Positions 40,797 through 43,866 of a DNA stretch of 43,866 bases are shown piece after piece; within the stretch, counting starts at the first letter, position 1, and each line of letters starts with the position of its first letter. The stretch lies in the IMG/VR virus record IMGVR_UViG_3300045988_069725, positions 1-43,866 of that record; one strand, 5' to 3'. The notes under the pieces are model-generated. The model searched no databases. It was given only the letters and a program-made list of their open reading frames with translations, and had not been told where the DNA came from. A program made the position numbers and the translations under genes. The DNA comes from a virus.

Positions 40797-42313
40797 TCAT
40801 GGGAACCGCCCTGGCAACGGTGGAGCAGATGCGCAGCTACATCCGCAGGGTGAATCTGCAGGTCCCGGCCAAAGTCATAGATATGCTACCGTTTTATCTG
40901 TCAGAAGGACAGGCCGAGGGCGTCCGGGGTGACATAGCCTTTGCACAATCCTGCATCGAGACGGGCAACTTTGGCTTTAAAGGCAGCGCAGTGACCCTGG
41001 ACCAAAACAACTTTGCCGGGATAGGCGTAACCAGCAATGGCATGAAAGGCAATAGCTGGGCTACACCGCAATTAGGTATCCGGGCGCAGGTGCAGCATTT
41101 GAAAGCCTATGGCAGCGTAGATCCACTGAATCAGGATTGCGTGGACGATAGATTTAAATGGGTGAAGCGAAATTCTGCGCCGTTTGTGGAATGGCTGGGA
41201 CAGCAGGAAAACCCGCTGGGAGCCGGATGGGCGAAAGGGAAGAACTATGGAAACAAGATTTTGCAGGTGTTGGATAAGGTCCTGCGGGAAAAAGGAGGAA
41301 CAGGATTGAACATAAATAAGCTGATATCAGCATACAATCATAACTCCGGCAATATTAACCGGATTAAATATATAGTAATACACTACGTCGGTGCCGTCGG
41401 CGGGGCAAAGGCCAACTGCCAGTATTTTGCCGGTGGGGACCGGGGAGCCTCCGCACACTATTTTGTAGATTACAACGGGGATATCTGGCAGAGCGTAGAG
41501 GATGCAAATATAGCTTGGCACTGCGGGACAAAGAGCGGATATAAGCATCCTGAGTGCCGGAATGCCAACTCCATCGGCATTGAGCTGTGTGTGAGAAATA
41601 AAGGCAGCCAGGCTGACACCTCAAAAGACTGGTACTTTGATGATGCAACCGTCTGGGCGGCGGCGGAGCTGACCAAACATCTGATGCAAAAGTACAATGT
41701 ACCGGCGGCTCATGTGCTTCGGCATTATGATGTTACCGGGAAGATTTGCCCTAACCCTTATGTCTATAACACCACAAAGCATACCTGGACAGAATTTAAA
41801 AGCCTGATAAGCGCTGCCGGGCGCAATTACATGCAGGTAGGAGACAGCGGGGAAGAGGTAAGGCAGCTACAGAAAGACCTGAATACCCTGGGATATGACT
41901 GCGGTACGGCTGATGGTATTTACGGTGAAAAGACGGCAGCGGCGGTTGAAAAGCTGCAGAAAGCTACCGGGTTGGCGGCTGATGGTATGGCCGGTATCAA
42001 GACCCTGGCGAAAATTGACGAACTACTAAACGCAAAACCACAGTGGATACAGCAGGGCGGACGCTGGTGGTACAGGCACGCCGATGGCAGCTACACTAAG
42101 TCGGGCTGGGAGAAGATAGGCGGCACCTGGTATTACTTCGACGCGGCTGGCTGGATGAAAACCGGATGGGTGCTGCTGGGGGATAAGTGGTATTATTTGA
42201 AATCCTCTGGGGCTATGGCATCTGATGAGATAGTCAAACTTGGAAAAGAGACATTCTATTTGACACCGGAAGGACATATGGGAACTACGAACAGCAGAGG
42301 GGCTTTAGTATAA
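40784..42313 (+). CDS. Four-domain endolysin: glucosaminidase + amidase_2 + PG_binding_1 + cell-wall-binding repeats
   Basis: [13 protein letters not shown] (glucosaminidase). YIVIHYVG...SAHYFVD...IAWHCG (amidase_2). [32 protein letters not shown] (PG_binding_1). [32 protein letters not shown] (CW_binding_1). Confidence 0.9.
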   Translation: MGTLIMGTALATVEQMRSYIRRVNLQVPAKVIDMLPFYLSEGQAEGVRGDIAFAQSCIETGNFGFKGSAVTLDQNNFAGIGVTSNGMKGNSWATPQLGIRAQVQHLKAYGSVDPLNQDCVDDRFKWVKRNSAPFVEWLGQQENPLGAGWAKGKNYGNKILQVLDKVLREKGGTGLNINKLISAYNHNSGNINRIKYIVIHYVGAVGGAKANCQYFAGGDRGASAHYFVDYNGDIWQSVEDANIAWHCGTKSGYKHPECRNANSIGIELCVRNKGSQADTSKDWYFDDATVWAAAELTKHLMQKYNVPAAHVLRHYDVTGKICPNPYVYNTTKHTWTEFKSLISAAGRNYMQVGDSGEEVRQLQKDLNTLGYDCGTADGIYGEKTAAAVEKLQKATGLAADGMAGIKTLAKIDELLNAKPQWIQQGGRWWYRHADGSYTKSGWEKIGGTWYYFDAAGWMKTGWVLLGDKWYYLKSSGAMASDEIVKLGKETFYLTPEGHMGTTNSRGALV

Positions 42314-42479
42314 TCCAGGTTCCGAGGATTTAACCGTCTGTAATTCCAGTCCTTTAAATGGGCCGAATTGGCTGTTTCATAGAATAGCGCTGAAAATTCA
42401 GCGGTATAGCATCACCCCCGAAATATCGGGGCTATTCAGGATGTTGAATTCTCGCGGCGGAATTTTCCGCTGCCAATCA

Positions 42480-42506
42480 AGGGTAGTTAAGCGACTGCCC
42501 TTTTTT
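42480..42506 (+). terminator. Intrinsic terminator after the lysis cassette
   Basis: AGGGTAG-ttaagcga-CTGCCCT followed by TTTTT. Confidence 0.6.
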
Positions 42507-42541
42507 AATACAACAAAATAATTCATAGGAGGTATGAAATT

Positions 42542-43216
42542 ATGTTAGTAGAAATCACAGGGAAGCAGAATGAGGAGATAATAACAACCAGTAGCCGACA
42601 GGTGGCGGAAAAGTTTGAAAAAGAGCATAAGAATGTAGTGAGGGATATAGAGAAGCTATTAGGGGAGATAGGCTCAAAATTGAGCGTATCTTATTTTATT
42701 TCAAGCGATTATAAAGATAGCATGAATAGGACCCAAACGGAATATCTGTTAACCAGGGATGGATTCTCTCTTCTTGCTATGGGATTCACAGGGGAAAAAG
42801 CCCTTAAGTGGAAGCTGGAATATATCCGGGCGTTTAATGAAATGGAGACGGAACTAAAACGCCTATATAACGAACGCAAGCAATGGGAGATTGAACGGGA
42901 AAAAGGGAAGCTGATCCGGCATGTGCTGACAGATACAATCAAGATGAAAATAACGGACAGTCCGCATAAAAGATTTATGTATCCCAACTATACAAAACTG
43001 ATATATAAAACCCTGTTTGGGAAACCCTTTAAAGAACTGCAAGAAGAGTTTGGAGTGAAGCCAAAAGAAAGCCTTAGAGACTACCTGACCGCAGAGCAGC
43101 TCAAGGATGTCGAAAACATGGAAATGCTGGTGAGCAGCCTCATAAATTGCGGATGGGGCTATGATCAGATTAAAAATTTTATAAATGAGAATACCACTAA
43201 ACAGCTGGCAGGATAA
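42542..43216 (+). CDS. Rha-family phage regulatory protein
   Basis: ITTSSRQVAEKFEKEHKNVVRDIEKLL...TEYLLTRDGFSLLAMGFTGEKALKWKLEYIRAFNEME matches the Phage_pRha pattern. AGGAGG RBS. Confidence 0.75.
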   Translation: MLVEITGKQNEEIITTSSRQVAEKFEKEHKNVVRDIEKLLGEIGSKLSVSYFISSDYKDSMNRTQTEYLLTRDGFSLLAMGFTGEKALKWKLEYIRAFNEMETELKRLYNERKQWEIEREKGKLIRHVLTDTIKMKITDSPHKRFMYPNYTKLIYKTLFGKPFKELQEEFGVKPKESLRDYLTAEQLKDVENMEMLVSSLINCGWGYDQIKNFINENTTKQLAG

Positions 43217-43303
43217 AAAGAAAGCCCGGGGCGTATAGCTAGGGGTGTATTTTTAATGTGTTTCTTCTATGATAATGGTGGATAATCTTAAGTCAATCTT
43301 AAT

Positions 43304-43327
43304 TATAAGTAACACATAAGCAACAAA
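43304..43327 (+). repeat. 24-bp direct repeat, copy 1 (candidate integrase arm site)
   Basis: tataagtaacacataagcaacaaa matches 43466-43489 at 22/24 positions. Confidence 0.7.
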
Positions 43328-43465
43328 AACGCTGGAAACCCGCATAAATACGTTATTTAAATTTAATTCTTATTTAAATGCGGCTGAAAAATATTTACCA
43401 TAAATGCAGTGTTTACAAGGGTTTCAGCGTGATAAAATTGTGGTAAAGCTTCATTAATTTTAATT

Positions 43466-43489
43466 TATAAGTAACGCATAAGTAACAAA
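43466..43489 (+). repeat. 24-bp direct repeat, copy 2, abutting the int stop codon
   Basis: tataagtaacgcataagtaacaaa. Confidence 0.7.
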
Positions 43490-43866
43490 TCAAATTTTCT
43501 CTATCTCTTTTTTTAGGTCCTCCAGCTCTTTGTGTACATAGGTGCCGTCTGTGATATCTTGGATGGAATGTCCCATGATTTTCTTTGTACAAACCTTATT
43601 CGCTTCTGCCCTATCCATCATTGATGCAAATGTATGACGGGTGTCATGCGGAAGATGATCCAGGCCCAGCTCACGCATGAGCGGTATGAAAACATACTGC
43701 CTGAAATAGTAGTCCAGCTTCTCCCAGTCGTCCGATGTAGGAATCAAATATTTAGTGTTTGGATTATAATACCGTTCAAAGAACTTCTTTACTTTGGAAT
43801 GAATGGGAACTATCCGATCTTTGCCTGCCTCCGTCTTAGCTCCACATATAAAATATCCTTTATCTA
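43490..43866 (-). CDS. int: Tyrosine recombinase/integrase, C-terminal catalytic part
   Basis: ...LDKGYFICGAKTEAGKDRIVPIHSKVKKFFERYY...HLPHDTRHTFAS (HxxR)...GHSIQDITDGTYVH (His/Tyr nucleophile region). The frame is in phase with 1-768 through the 77-bp overlap (43864 minus 43747 = 117 nt). Confidence 0.9.
   Translation of the reverse strand, partial: DKGYFICGAKTEAGKDRIVPIHSKVKKFFERYYNPNTKYLIPTSDDWEKLDYYFRQYVFIPLMRELGLDHLPHDTRHTFASMMDRAEANKVCTKKIMGHSIQDITDGTYVHKELEDLKKEIEKI
43790..43866. repeat. Terminal direct repeat, copy 2 (identical to 1-77)
   Basis: Exact 77-bp match to the window start. It lies inside the integrase coding sequence. Confidence 0.95.

Larger units (their letters stand above)
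1..43866. mobile_element. Complete temperate siphovirus-like phage genome, circularly closed (unique length about 43,789 bp)
   Basis: Lysogeny, replication/recombination, packaging, head, tail and lysis modules are present in canonical order. The ends are 77 bp identical and the integrase ORF is continuous across them. Confidence 0.9.

Noticed and set aside
42222-42229. Hammerhead ribozyme core (CTGATGAG)
   Set aside because: It is an isolated match inside the endolysin coding region. There is no stem II, no CGAAA element and no cleavage-site helix nearby.
1-43866. Interpretation of the 77-bp terminal repeats as attL/attR of an integrated prophage
   Set aside because: No host sequence lies outside the repeats. 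The repeat lies inside the integrase coding sequence, and the ORF continues in phase across the ends. This only makes sense for a circular molecule or circular assembly.

Overview
The window is one complete temperate tailed-phage genome of siphovirus type. The first 77 bp (1-77) are identical to the last 77 bp (43790-43866), and a tyrosine integrase ORF reads in phase across that overlap. The sequence is therefore a circular replicon or circular assembly with a unique length of about 43,789 bp, not a prophage with host flanks. A Firmicutes/Clostridia-like host is suggested by AGGAGG ribosome-binding sites, frequent GTG/TTG starts, and choline-binding-type cell-wall repeats in the endolysin.

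Gene order:
- Lysogeny module on the minus strand: integrase, zinc-ribbon protein, ImmA-like protein, XRE repressor.
- Divergent switch with a Cro-like gene, followed by an unusual ORF-free stretch of about 530 bp.
- Early genes: excisionase-like HTH, SMC-like ATPase, Sak4-type RecA-like ATPase, DUF669, SF2 helicase, primase/helicase fusion.
- A repeat-rich, origin-like intergenic region.
- RusA, small Cys-rich ORFs, a HAD phosphatase, and an ArpU/RinA-like late activator.
- Packaging and head genes: terS, terL, portal, MuF-type minor head protein with a toxin-like C-terminus plus a small downstream ORF, scaffold, major capsid.
- Connector and tail genes, including a -1 frameshifted chaperone pair and a 1180-aa tape measure.
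- A 1881-aa multidomain fibre (LamG + CotH-like + BspA/DUF285 leucine-rich repeats) and a second 929-aa fibre.
- Holin, a four-domain endolysin, a Rha-family regulator, and an attP-like repeat region.

I found no rRNA, no intact tRNA, no CRISPR array, no reverse transcriptase and no transposase.

The observations most worth follow-up are the CotH/LamG/LRR giant fibre, the MuF-toxin/immunity-like pair, the ORF-free region after cro, the iteron/hairpin region after the primase gene, and a roughly 50-nt motif repeated upstream of late operons. All functional calls come from motif recognition by eye. No database search was run.
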